DNA of 63,967 nt, counting the filler, from Octopus bimaculoides (taxonomy: Eukaryota), in NCBI RefSeq assembly GCF_001194135.2. It is 7 parts of 6 records of this genome, joined end to end, with 100 filler letters (N's around TTAATTAATTAA, not from the genome) between each part and the next. Parts side by side here need not be neighbours in the genome. Positions count along the whole stretch, not along the records: positions 8,625 to 29,812 come from NC_068992.1; 6 more parts are not named here. One strand, 5' to 3'. The translations under genes and the position numbers were made by a program. The notes beneath the pieces were generated by a model. The model was not told the origin of the DNA and searched no databases. It saw only the letters and a program-made list of their open reading frames with translations. This document shows, piece by piece, positions 10,446 through 23,100 of the stretch (position 1 is the stretch's first letter; every line of letters starts with the position of its first letter).

Positions 10446-10878
10446 GACGGCTATAATGTTTGCTCCAGANNNNNNNNNNNNNNNNNNNNNNNNNNNNNNN
10501 NNNNNNNNNNNNNNNNNNNNNNNNNNNNNNNNNNNNNNNNNNNNNNNNNNNNNNNNNNNNNNNNNNNNNNNNNNNNNNNNNNNNNNNNNNNNNNNNNNNN
10601 NNNNNNNNNNNNNNNNNNNNNNNNNNNNNNNNNNNNNNNNNNNNNNNNNNNNNNNNNNNNNNNNNNNNNNNNNNNNNNNNNNNNNNNNNNNNNNNNNNNN
10701 NNNNNNNNNNNNNNNNNNNNNNATACGTGTAAATTACACCCCAAAGACATTTACTTATTAAAGAACTTAAAAAAGTGTTCGACCCGCCGGTTGAACCCTT
10801 TCTGGTCTCAAATGTTTTGAGAATCATTCCCCTAACAAGATAAATAAAGGTAAGTAGCTTTTTCTTCTGTGACTCGAG

Positions 10879-13800
10879 ATGATCGCGTTGAATATTGCTT
10901 GTTTGAATGTGCGTGGCCTGAACTCGAAGAGGAAGCAGGCGTGCCTCCTCGACGACCTCAGGTCACATGATATAGATGTGATGGTGGTTACAGAGACCAA
11001 GCTGGACGAGCTTCAGGCCTTCTCGGCACTCCTGAACGGCTACGAGAAAATAATTTCTCCTAGCTTTTGATCCGTAAAAGCTTGGTCATGCAGGTAAGTA
11101 CAATCTTCGTGGACCCAGAAGGCGAGTTGGTCGTTCTGGATCTAACATACAGTGGTAAGGCCTTCAGGCTGGTGGGCATCTACGCGCCTAGTAATGCAGG
11201 CAAACGAGTTGGCTTCTTTCATCGCCTGGAGAATTTCCTGGTAACATCAAAGACAGTAGTGGTACTAGGTGACTTCAGCGCTATACTGGATGCACGCCTG
11301 GATATCGTGGGCTTAACAGATAGAAAAGGAAACTCTTGCCTCATCGATCTGCTGAAGCGCTTCAGGCTGGCAGATCGATACAGACTTGACCACCCGAACA
11401 CACCAGTGTGAACCTGGACAAGAAGTGACGGAATGGTCAGATCTTACATAGACAGGATAGTGGTAAGCACCAGAGATAGACACAGTTTTAGTTGTCCACA
11501 ATTTACATACGTACCCTACACAGATCACAGGTTAGTGACGTGTAGGGTGATTATAGATAAGATACATAGACAGGGATCTGGCTACTGGAAGCTGAACAAG
11601 ACTATTGGATTGCGAGGCCTACCGTAGCCAGATTAAGGAGTTAGTGAAGAGGGCACTTACCGGCGCTGTTATCAACAACCGGTGGTGGAGTGCCCTCAAA
11701 AGAGTACTTCGATTTGAGTCAATTAGATTTAGCAAACAGTTAAGTCTAGAACAGACTAGAATAGAAAGGGATTTAGTTAAGGCATTAGACGAGGCATTGA
11801 GAACGGGCTCTGCGTCACAAGTGTTGGCGGCGAGATCGGCACTGGACCGACACCTCAATGCCAAATACGAAGGATGCAGAGTCCGAGCTAGGTCACGTGC
11901 AATGGGCCGTGAAGGTATCAATGTTGCTGGATGGGCTCGCTCGGAAGAAACCCGTCGTGGCATCGATGCTACGATCGGGTCTTTGACAGATGAGTCCGGA
12001 CAGATCCAAGGACAAGAGGAGATGTGCAAGGCCTTTCACAAGCACTTTGCCGCGTTGTTCGGGAGGGACGGGACCATGGGGATGCCTTACGGCATTTTCT
12101 GGACGACGGCCCGCGTCTTTCGACTCGTGACGCTGAGCGCTGCGAAGGACCAATCACAGCCAAGGAGATCAGAGAGGTGCTGTCTGAGAGCCCCGGGGAC
12201 AAGTCGCCAGGTCTGGATGCTCTACGAATTTTACAGTAGCATGCCAGACTTGTTCGAGGACATACTGGCCAGTGTGTACGCGAATTGGCAGCAGAACGAG
12301 AGGATTACCAAAGCTGTGAGCCGAGGAGTGGTGACACTGGTTAGGGTTAGGAAAGACCCGAGCAAGGGGGATAACGTTAATAACTTTAGGCCCATAACTC
12401 TGTTAAACCAGAGTTAAAGATTTTGGCTAAGGTGCTCGCAAAGAGAGTTAGGGTTGTAGTGGGCGACCTGGTGGGGGAAGCACAGACATGTGCCATCACA
12501 GGAAGGATGATACAGGACAACCTTCACCTCATTCGCTACACCATAGAGCGGGTGGGTAAAATGCATGGCAACGATGGGGCACTGGTGAATTTGGACCAGT
12601 CTAAGGCGTTCGATAGGGTTGACCACGGATACCTGGCGGCGGTCCTTCAGGCGGCCGGATTTAGCCCGACCTTCCGAAGCTGGATTAAAGCCANNNNNNN
12701 NNNNNNNNNNNNNNNNNNNNNNNNNNNNNNNNNNNNNNNNNNNNNNNNNNNNNNNNNNNNNNNNNNNNNNNNNNNNNNNNNNNNNNNNNNNNNNNNNNNN
12801 NNNNNNNNNNNNNNNNNNNNNNNNNNNNNNNNNNNNNNNNNNNNNNNNNNNNNNNNNNNNNNNNNNNNNNNNNNNNNNNNNNNNNNNNNNNNNNNNNNNN
12901 NNNNNNNNNNNNNNNNNNNNNNNNNNNNNNNNNNNNNNNNNNNNNNNNNNNNNNNNNNNNNNNNNNNNNNNNNNNNNNNNNNNNNNNNNNNNNNNNNNNN
13001 NNNNNNNNNNNNNNNNNNNNNNNNNNNNNNNNNNNNNNNNNNNNNNNNNNNNNNNNNNNNNNNNNNNNNNNNNNNNNNNNNNNNNNNNNNNNNNNNNNNN
13101 NNNNNNNNNNNNNNNNNNNNNNNNNNNNNNNNNNNNNNNNNNNNNNNNNNNNNNNNNNNNNNNNNNNNNNNNNNNNNNNNNNNNNNNNNNNNNNNNNNNN
13201 NNNNNNNNNNNNNNNNNNNNNNNNNNNNNNNNNNNNNNNNNNNNNNNNNNNNNNNNNNNNNNNNNNNNNNNNNNNNNNNNNNNNNNNNNNNNNNNNNNNN
13301 NNNNNNNNNNNNNNNNNNNNNNNNNNNNNNNNNNNNNNNNNNNNNNNNNNNNNNNNNNNNNNNNNNNNNNNNNNNNNNNNNNNNNNNNNNNNNNNNNNNN
13401 NNNNNNNNNNNNNNNNNNNNNNNNNNNNNNNNNNNNNNNNNNNNNNNNNNNNNNNNNNNNNNNNNNNNNNNNNNNNNNNNNNNNNNNNNNNNNCGGTGCC
13501 ACCTGGATGGTGAGCAGGTGTGGTCAACGCTTGCCGAACGGGATTTCCCAAAGTTTGGGTCTCTGAGGGACTTAGAAACATGGATCAGACGAAGACCCAA
13601 GACGGGGGAATGGCAGGTGGAGTGAAAACAAGCACTCTCCCTCTTCTCTCGAGTGAGCAATGCTAGTAGCAGGGTTACCACAGTGGATATTTATAGTGGG
13701 TTGGTAGAGCTTAAGTCTGATGATGTCCTGGGGGAGACTCTGGGCTTCGACAAGAAGCAACTATCCAGCCTGTTCGGGAGGACCTTCGGGTTGGGACTCC

Positions 13801-14321
13801 TGGATAATTACCAGAAATCCCTGGCCTGGCTGTGCTACCGATCAGCCTTACCGGTTCGAGAAAGATTGTCAAGACACGGTTGTGACACCTCCCCCACATG
13901 TCTGAGGTGCGGGCGGGCCAGTGAAACGGTGACGCACGCCTTCGTACACTGTGGGGAGCTGAGTGATTTGATAACCTATGCCGAACAACTGATGTCGGAT
14001 GCTGAAGAAGTACGACTCTCGACTGAGTCCATGATTAAGATGGTACCGCCTTCCTCTTTTTCCAAAGAGAGGAAGGCAGCATTTCTCTGCGTAATTACCA
14101 TATTGAAAGAAACGGTGTGGGGGACGCGTTTGGAAGGAATTGCAACAGGACAGTTTATCTCCAGACGAGAGCTGGTGAATTACTTCACCGCCCATCTTGT
14201 TTCCAAGATCCGTCGGGAGAGGAGGAGCCTGTTGCAAAGAGTATTTGCGAAAAGAGGGAAGGATGTCGCAAGAAAGTTGTGTATGCGAGGGGTCATGCCA
14301 ACACAGTCGGACTGGGCATAG
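10879..14321 (+). pseudogene. Tx1 ORF2 (APE endonuclease plus reverse transcriptase), with frameshifts, stops and a gap
   Basis: LNVRGLN, VVTETK, IYAPS, VLGDF, SYIDRI, TDHRLV, GYWKLN, NFRPITLLN, LDQSKAFDRVDH, CLRCGRASETVTHAFVHC. Confidence 0.92.
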
Positions 14322-15989
14322 AAGGACAAGAAATGGAAAAACAAAAAATCAACCAGCGGGTTAAGGGGATATCCCCAACCTAAAAGTAATCAAAATTTTT
14401 AAACAATAACATCATCATATCATATTATATTATTCTCATGTAAAACTCATTCATTAAATCATCTGTAAAAAAAGACGAACGACCTATATGTTCCTTTTTG
14501 TCTGTCCTTGTTCATCCCCTCTATGTATCCTATTCATTAGGAAATAAAAGAAATTCACGGCTTTAGACTTCTCACAGGTCTAGTCGTAGAGCACACATAG
14601 AACACAGCTCCAGCCAGTTTCCAGCGACGACGTCAACACCACCTATCTACTGTCTACTACAATGTCGTCGCCAGCGCCAACACCACCACCAGAGTACACG
14701 CTAACAACAACAACCGCAGTTCCTTCTCAACATTGTTTGTGTGGATTGTTTCCATCTCGAAAATAACAGCCAGAACCAACTTGCGAGGATTTTCTGTACC
14801 AAGTAACCTGTCGCAGCATCGACCCTCAACTTCACACACAACATGTGACACCTCAGCTCTGCTATTCGGCCACGACCTCTTGCGTACGGACATTCTACCT
14901 ACTGTTTAACTCTTCTATGAACTGGTACTTTCTTATCTTTGTGTTCAGGACACTTAGAGCATGTTCTGTATTTCACATTCACATACACATATTATTGTAT
15001 ACACACTATTGTACACGAAGGCCTGTCTTATGTATTGTGTTACTTATATTGCCGCATGCACGCACACACAGTTCACTATGCTAATAAACTTACTCTTTAT
15101 ATGTATCTAACGGTTGTGTCTCTCTCTCTCTCATTCCTTTGCTGGTACTTGCTCGCATCTCACATGTGAGCGCTCTTATGTCATATTACATTGTTTTATG
15201 TCGACCGTGCGACACGTTAAATGGAGCCTTCTTCCGTTCGTCGCCATTCTCTTTTTTTTTTTTTTTTTAACCTAATGTACAATCATTTCCATTTGAAACC
15301 TTCACGTGAAGTAAGATCAACAAAAGATACGTGAAGAGCACCATTCAACTAAGAAAAATACGGGAAATGACATAATTTTGGCCAATAAAAACAATAGATT
15401 CGCGAGCAATTGTACAAATGAAGTACATTTATGAAGTACAAAGAAACTTTGAACGAAATCATCTCGATATCCATGTCATAAATAGATGATTTTATATGTT
15501 TATCTGCTTTATAGAAAGAACATCGCTTCATTATAGTAAAGACTAAAATACGGTGTAATGATGTCTGGATTTTAACTTTCTGTGAATGTAATGGCGATTG
15601 CAGATATTTGGTCGCTATTATTAACTCGTATGCTTAGTGCTATACTTAAACTGCGTTACAGTCTATTTTGTGTTATTAGCTCTCTTGACATTCTCCTAAT
15701 TAAAATAGCTTTTTCACATATGATGTACACACATTAAATCATCCTTCAAGCTTTATGTAGGACAAATATTTTAACTTTCTTCCCCAATTAATTATACTTA
15801 TTGTTGATTATGTTCATGAACTTGTGTTTATACTTGTGGTGGTTGAAGGAAATAAAGTTATGCATTCATCATCTCGTGTTGGAGAGCGTTTGATAATTTG
15901 ATGAAGTTAATTGCTAAAATTAAGTTTTAATGATGGTAGAGTCGTAAAGCTCTGAATGACACTGTTTTCAAAGGAAAAAAAAAGAACAA

Positions 15990-16205
15990 TTAAGGGTGAT
16001 GAGCTGGCAGACCCGTTAGCACTTCGGGAAAAATGCTTAGCAGCATTTCGTCCGTCTTTACATTCTGAGTTCAAATTCTGCCGAGGTCGACTTTGCTTTT
16101 CATTCTTTGGGGTTGATAAAACAAGTACCAGTTGAACACTGGGGTCGATGTAATTGAGTTACCCCTCCTCCCAAACTTTTCCCTGTACGAAAATTTGAAA
16201 CAAAG
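15990..16205 (+). mobile_element. SINE-like family A
   Basis: Same consensus as 296-505. Confidence 0.8.
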
Positions 16206-16242
16206 CGATTATATGGAAGATAGATTAATATTTTATTTGCTC

Positions 16243-17429
16243 TTAGGTTGTTCCGAAAATAATGGCCGCTCTCAGGGTTGTGTTTTGAAACGCAATTTTA
16301 TCATAGTATTTTAATTATATTTGAGGTAAATTTCGGCATACTTAATATTTGATGAATGCTCTTTAATAATTTTCTACTTATTTCAGACAGAAAATATTCT
16401 TGAAGCAAAGGCGTCCTTAATTACTTTTCTTGCATGAGTTCAAGCTTGGGCAAAATGCCTCCCAAACTGCTGCCAATATCAACAGAGCATGGGGAGAGGG
16501 GTCGACAAGTATTCGCACAGTACGAAGGTGGTTTCAGAAATTCCGTAATGGTGATGAGAGCCTTGAAAATGAAGAAAGTAGAGAACGGTCATGCAGTCTT
16601 GACAATGAACAATCGAAAGCAATTGTCGAACAAAACCCACGTCAAAGTGTCAGAGGAATGCCTCAGGCACTTGGTGTCAGTATTGCAACGGTCTCACGCA
16701 ATTTGCATAAGATTGGTAAGGGAAAAGCTCGGTAAATGGGTGCCGTATGAGCTCAATGAAAATCAAAAAGTTCGGCGTTTTGAAGCGTGCTCAATGCTCT
16801 TTCTACGAAACATCAATGATCCTTTTCTTGACAGAATAGTCACTTGTGACGAAAAGTGGATCCTTTATGATAACTGTAAACGATCACGTTAATGGCTTGA
16901 TCGTGATGAGTCCCCCAAACATTTCCCAAAGCCAAAGTTGCATCAGCAAAAGATTATGGTGACTGTCTGGTGGTCTGCAATTGGTATTGTCTATTACAGC
17001 TTTCTGGAAACCAATCAGAGCATTACAGCAGAGGTTTACTGCAATCAACTCGCTGAAATGCATGCTCACTTGCTAAAAATGAGACCTGCATTGGTAAATC
17101 GGCGTGGTCCAATTCTGCTCCACGATAAGGCAAAGCCACATGTTGCAAGAATGACACTGCAGAAACTCACAGACTTGGGATACGAGACTTTACCACATCC
17201 TCCAGATTCTCCTGATCTTTCACCCACTGACTACCATTTTTAAAGCATTTAAACACGTTTTTAAGTAATAAAACTTTCAGGTCCAAACCAGAGGTGGAAT
17301 TAGCTTTCAAAGATTTCTTAGCATCAAAGCCAATAAGTTTTTATCAACGAGGCATAAATAATCTCATTGATCGATAGCAGAGATGCACAGATGTTCACGG
17401 TTCATACTTTGACTAATCAAAACACTTTT
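16243..17429 (+). mobile_element. Mariner (DD34D) transposon, decayed; 3' end in a gap
   Basis: TIR-like TTAGGTTGTTCCGAAAAT; WVPYELNE, IVTCDEKWILYDN, ILLHDKAKPH, SPDLSPTDYHF; stops and frameshifts. Confidence 0.93.
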
Positions 17430-18516
17430 NNNNNNNNNNNNNNNNNNNNNNNNNNNNNNNNNNNNNNNNNNNNNNNNNNNNNNNNNNNNNNNNNNNNNNN
17501 NNNNNNNNNNNNNNNNNNNNNNNNNNNNNNNNNNNNNNNNNNNNNNNNNNNNNNNNNNNNNNNNNNNNNNNNNNNNNNNNNNNNNNNNNNNNNNNNNNNN
17601 NNNNNNNNNNNNNNNNNNNNNNNNNNNNNNNNNNNNNNNNNNNNNNNNNNNNNNNNNNNNNNNNNNNNNNNNNNNNNNNNNNNNNNNNNNNNNNNNNNNN
17701 NNNNNNNNNNNNNNNNNNNNNNNNNNNNNNNNNNNNNNNNNNNNNNNNNNNNNNNNNNNNNNNNNNNNNNNNNNNNNNNNNNNNNNNNNNNNNNNNNNNN
17801 NNNNNNNNNNNNNNNNNNNNNNNNNNNNNNNNNNNNNNNNNNNNNNNNNNNNNNNNNNNNNNNNNNNNNNNNNNNNNNNNNNNNNNNNNNNNNNNNNNNN
17901 NNNNNNNNNNNNNNNNNNNNNNNNNNNNNNNNNNNNNNNNNNNNNNNNNNNNNNNNNNNNNNNNNNNNNNNNNNNNNNNNNNNNNNNNNNNNNNNNNNNN
18001 NNNNNNNNNNNNNNNNNNNNNNNNNNNNNNNNNNNNNNNNNNNNNNNNNNNNNNNNNNNNNNNNNNNNNNNNNNNNNNNNNNNNNNNNNNNNNNNNNNNN
18101 NNNNNNNNNNNNNNNNNNNNNNNNNNNNNNNNNNNNNNNNNNNNNNNNNNNNNNNNNNNNNNNNNNNNNNNNNNNNNNNNNNNNNNNNNNNNNNNNNNNN
18201 NNNNNNNNNNNNNNNNNNNNNNNNNNNNNNNNNNNNNNNNNNNNNNNNNNNNNNNNNNNNNNNNNNNNNNNNNNNNNNNNNNNNNNNNNNNNNNNNNNNN
18301 NNNNNNNNNNNNNNNNNNNNNNNNNNNNNNNNNNNNNNNNNNNNNNNNNNNNNNNNNNNNNNNNNNNNNNNNNNNNNNNNNNNNNNNNNNNNNNNCGAAA
18401 AGCAATAAAAAAATGGATTTTTTTTGTCGAACTTGCAACTTAAACCTTTAATAACTCATGTTCGCTGCAATCGATTTTCTTCAAATTTGCTAGGAACATT
18501 ACTTATGGTCAAAATA

Positions 18517-19838
18517 TTAAGTCGTCAAGTATGAAATTTATAGAAAAGATTAAAAAAAAAATTGATACTGTTTTATAAATACAAGGAACAGTATTATTCA
18601 TCAAAGTATACACCCATATTGTCAATATAATTTTGCCATTTCATCAGTTGCTCGTCCAGCCCGGAACTGTAAAAAGCCTGACAATCTAGAGTCAGTAAAA
18701 TCTTGGAAGGCCTGTTTTACAGCATCGTCGGAATTAAATGTTTTTTCCTATCAAAAAGTTATCCATATTCTGGAAGAAGTGGTAGTCAGTGGGGGAAAGA
18801 TCAGGTGAATATGATGGATGATGGAGAACTTCCAACTCCAACTCCTGTAGTTTTGCTAATGTCATTTTTGTGACGTGTGGTCTGGCATTGTCTTGCAATA
18901 AAATAGGAGTGGATCTGTTGACTAATCTAGGCTGTTTTTTTTTTGTAAGTTTCTGCATCATTTGGTCCAGTTGGCTGTAGTATACTTCGGTCGTGATTGA
19001 TGAACCAGGTTTAATGAAATCATAATGGATCACACCTACGCCAGACCACCAAACACACACCATCAGCTTCTTTTGATGAATTTTGCTTTTTGGACTGTGT
19101 TTTGGTGGCTCATCTTTGTCCAGCCATTGTACTGAACATTTACAGTTGTTGTATTTGATCCATTTCTCATCACGTTACAATTCGATTAAAAAATTATTCA
19201 TTTTTGTGACGAGAAAGTAGCATAATGCAGGCTTCCAAACGTTGCTGTTTCTGATTTTCATTGAGTTCATGTGGAACCCACTTATCCAACTTTTTCACAT
19301 TACCGATTTGAACTAGGTGAGTCAATATTGTTTGCTTGTTAACACCAAACAACAACGATAATTCATGGGCACTTTGAGGTGGATCTGACTTGACGGTGGC
19401 TTTCATTTCATCATTATCCACCTTTGTTTCTGGTCAACTGCGTTGCTCATTTGTGAGGTCAAAGTTACCAGAACAAAATTTTGCAAACCAATTTGATACT
19501 GTCTGCTGTGTAATAACATTAGAATGAAATACTCCATTAATATTCCGAGCTGTCTGTGATGCCATATTTCTAAGAAAGAACTCATATTTCAAAACTGTAT
19601 GAATTTCCGACTTATCCATCTCTAAACAAAAATACAAAAAAAAAAAAAAAAAAAAAAAGCAAAAAGAAAAACGATTTATAAATACTTTATAAAGTGCAAA
19701 ATGAGTTAGAATAACGAAATAGATGTGTCAGCTTTCTAACAAAAAATAAAGATTGTCAAAATATAATAATAGCGCAAAATGAGCAGCTGTCAAAGTTTAC
19801 CATACATCTTACTACAAATTTCATACTTGACGGCCTAA
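18517..19838 (-). mobile_element. Full-length decayed mariner with both TIRs and TA target duplication
   Basis: TA|TTAAGTCGTCAAGTATGAAATTT...AAATTTCATACTTGACGGCCTAA|TA; WVPHELNE, LLQDNARPH, YSPDLSPTDYHFF. Confidence 0.95.
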
Positions 19839-19843
19839 TATTA

Positions 19844-20083
19844 CAGTTCTATATTTAAGAGATGAGGAATTATGTACATTATTTACATTATTTACAATTG
19901 ATGGATATTTGTCCTCATCTTGTTTGTTGTTAGCACAACGTTTCCTTAGAAATGAGAACCCAGGTTCGAAATTTCTCCTAGACACCTGATGAAGGCTGAA
20001 AAGTATATCAGCCGAAACGTTGTGTTAACAACAAACAAGATGAGGACAAATATCCATCAATTGTAAATAATGTAAATAATGGA
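19844..20083 (+). mobile_element. Penelope-like remnant forming a long hairpin
   Basis: 19878-19944 pairs with 20014-20080; a 10-bp direct repeat CCTAATATTA flanks it (19834-19843, 20084-20093). Confidence 0.65.
19981..20026 (+). ncRNA. Minimal type-I hammerhead ribozyme, canonical CUGAUGA/GAAA core
   Basis: GACAC-CTGATGA-A-GGCTG(AAAAGTATAT)CAGCC-GAAA-C-GTT-GTGTT; stem I GACAC/GUGUU, 5-bp stem II, palindromic AACGUU stem III, GUU site. Confidence 0.78.
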
Positions 20084-20109
20084 CCTAATATTAGTTTGAA
20101 CTATTTTTT

Positions 20110-23100
20110 CTCAACGTCGTTAGTGCTTACGGAGAAAAATCGCAAATAACTAAGTTGAAAATCGTTGTTTAGCCAATAACTTCTGCCTTTTGCTACTCAT
20201 TTGCTCCAGATTGCACATCAACATCAATTTTGAAACAAGAACCGTTTGAAACAAAAATTTCTGAGCGTCATCCGCTTTAAATGGGGAATATCTGCGACTA
20301 AACGGGTTGAAAACCACTTTTTAGCCAAAACTTCTTCAATTCCCAACAGACTTTCTTTAAAATGTCCTTCCCGATGGTCGTACAAGGTGTTCAAATATGA
20401 TCCAAATTGTAACTATGCTGTTCTACCTGACATACAAATTGGTAGTATGTCCGTCATTTGCCAATACTGCTCCGCCAAAAAGTGGTCAGGAGAAAGTTTT
20501 GGAATGTGTTGCTCTAATAGAAAGGTTAAATTAACCGTCCTCAAGGAGCTACGCCAACTGTTGAAGCTTCTCCCACTAAGTTCATTATCAGATTCAAAAC
20601 ATTACCTCAACAACATCGGAAAATACAATTGCGCGTTCCAAATGGCATCTTTCGGAGCAAACATTGTCAGTGATGGTGGTTTTATGCCTACTTTTAAAGT
20701 ACAGGGACAGGTTTACCATAGGATTGAACCACTCCAGCCTTCTGCTGATGAGGAGCCTCAATTTCTTCAGCTTTATTTTATTGGTGACTAACACGAACAA
20801 GCAGGAAAGCAAAACTCTTATACTTCAGCTTCAGAATATGCTGCATGCGAAAAACAGCTACGTTCAGAGCTTCAAATATGCTTTAGCATCATCGACCTCG
20901 TCAGAATCCAATGTCATACCTAATGCCGACCAACGGCCGACCGGAGAGCATGCCGAGCGCTACAATGCACCTTCCTGTAATGAAGTTGCCACTGTTCTTC
21001 ATGGTGAACAGCATAACAAAAGAGACGTTGTTCTCAAACACTCTCCATAGAATTTGTGAAACACACAGATCACATGATGGCTTGCAGTATTCACTACTCT
21101 TCATGAATGGTGAGGATGGATACCATTTTGGCATTCCGCAATATAATACCAACAATCCCGACGAACAAACCACCAACTCAGTTTCTTGCATGGCCTTCTA
21201 CACGTTTCTTGTTCTGATCTGCCCAAACTCTTTCAACTACCTACATCGTTTGCTAAACCTCTTCCTCCAATTCGACGTTGACATGACTGCGAAAATGGAG
21301 TCGGAAAGACTGTGCTTCATAAGGTTAAAGCAGAAGCAACTTCGTTCAGACAATTACATTCGTCTTAGAGACTCCATCAACTCCAGAAGCATAGGGCAAT
21401 TATGCATCTTACCTTCAACTTACACAGGAGGTCCCCGATACAAGCACGAGAGAATTACAGGATGCGATGACATTCGTGCGGCACTATGGCAGACCAGATT
21501 TATTTATTACTTTTACATGTAACCCAACGTGGAAAGAGATTAAGGATGAATTGTTTCCCGGCTAAAATGTCAAGGACAAGCATGACTTCATGATCAGAAT
21601 CTTCTTCCTTAAATTATTATAACTTATGGATCTCCTTATAAAAGGGCAGGTATTTGGGCCAGTACAATGTGACATGTTCACAATTAAATGGCAGAAACGA
21701 AGCCTTCCACATGCACGTATTCTCATTTGGCTATCAAAAAAGATCAATTCTACTGACATCGGCAAGATTATCTCTGCTGAGCTTCCAGATCCGTCAACTG
21801 ACAGGGATTTATACGACAAAATAAAGGCTCACATGGTGCATGGATCTTGTGGACATTGCTTCAACCCACTCACCACACCTGAAAGACGGTTTGTGCACTA
21901 AAAAGTTTCCCCGACAGTTCCTTCTCGAAACAGACTGAAAACAATGGGTATCCATTGTACAGACGAAGAAGACCTGAAGATGGAGGATTCACTGCAAAAG
22001 TTGGCCAGTAACAAAATTGACAACAGATGGATAGATCCTGACAGTCCTCTTCTACTAAAGATTTTCGATGCCCATATCAACGTTGAGTTCTGTCAAGTCC
22101 ATCAAGTACGTCTGTAAGTATGTGAATAAGAGTTCCGATGCTGCTACATTTGGTCTTCAAAATGACAAAAATCGAGATGAGGTAACTCAGTACCAAGCGG
22201 GTCGTTATATCAGTAGTAACGAAGCCTTTTGGTGCATATTCAGCTTCCCACTGCACCAAAGATATCCTGCTATTGAGCAGCTTGCGGTGCATCTTGAAAA
22301 TGGTCAAAGAGTATACTTCACTACTGCGACTGATGCTCACTTGGCACAGGAACCAAAGGACACCACTCTAACCGTGTTTTTAAAGCTTTGTCAAGTAAAT
22401 TCGTTTGCTAGAACTGTGCTGTATCCACAGGTACCATTCTACTACACACAGCACAAACAAATAAAGAAATGGACATGAAGAAAGGCAGGCATAACATTTG
22501 ACAGTTGCCTGGGTCAAGTGTACACAGTGCACCCAAGCCAGCAAGAGTGTTTCTACATCTGTCTCCCTTTGCATCAGGTCAGAGGACCAACGAATTTCGT
22601 TGACCTAAAACTGTTGACGGACATGTTTGTGCTACATATAAAGAAGCCTGCATTAAACATGGATTACTGGAAGATGGCGCCCAGTGAGATTCAACTCTGA
22701 CAGAGGCCACCACCAATCACCAAGGAGTATGAGGACACTTTTTGCTGAATTGCTGCATACTTGTGAACTATGTGACCCCGCCTCTTTGTGGCTCAAATAT
22801 CAGGATGACATGTCTGAAGATTTTAAATATCAAGTCCAATTGCTGTTTCCCAACAGGGAAGTAGGCTCCAGTGATGAATTCTACAATAGAGCTTTGATTC
22901 ACATTGAAGACAAGGTTGTTTCGATGGGTGGAAATATACTGCCAATGTATGGTCTATCGCAAATCGCCCACACAAAGTCCAATGTTCTTCCCACAGATAT
23001 CACAAGGGAAATATCCTACGATGTTGATGCTCTTACAAGATATGTCATTGAAACTGAACCGAAATTGCTTCCAGACCAGCAACAAGCCTATTACACTGTC

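Larger units (their letters stand above)
9200..14552 (+). mobile_element. Near full-length Tx1/L1-clade LINE, decayed; 5' boundary approximate
   Basis: ORF1 with zinc knuckle; ORF2 with APE, RT and a C-terminal Cys/His motif; 3' UTR ends AATAAAAGAAA. Confidence 0.9.
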
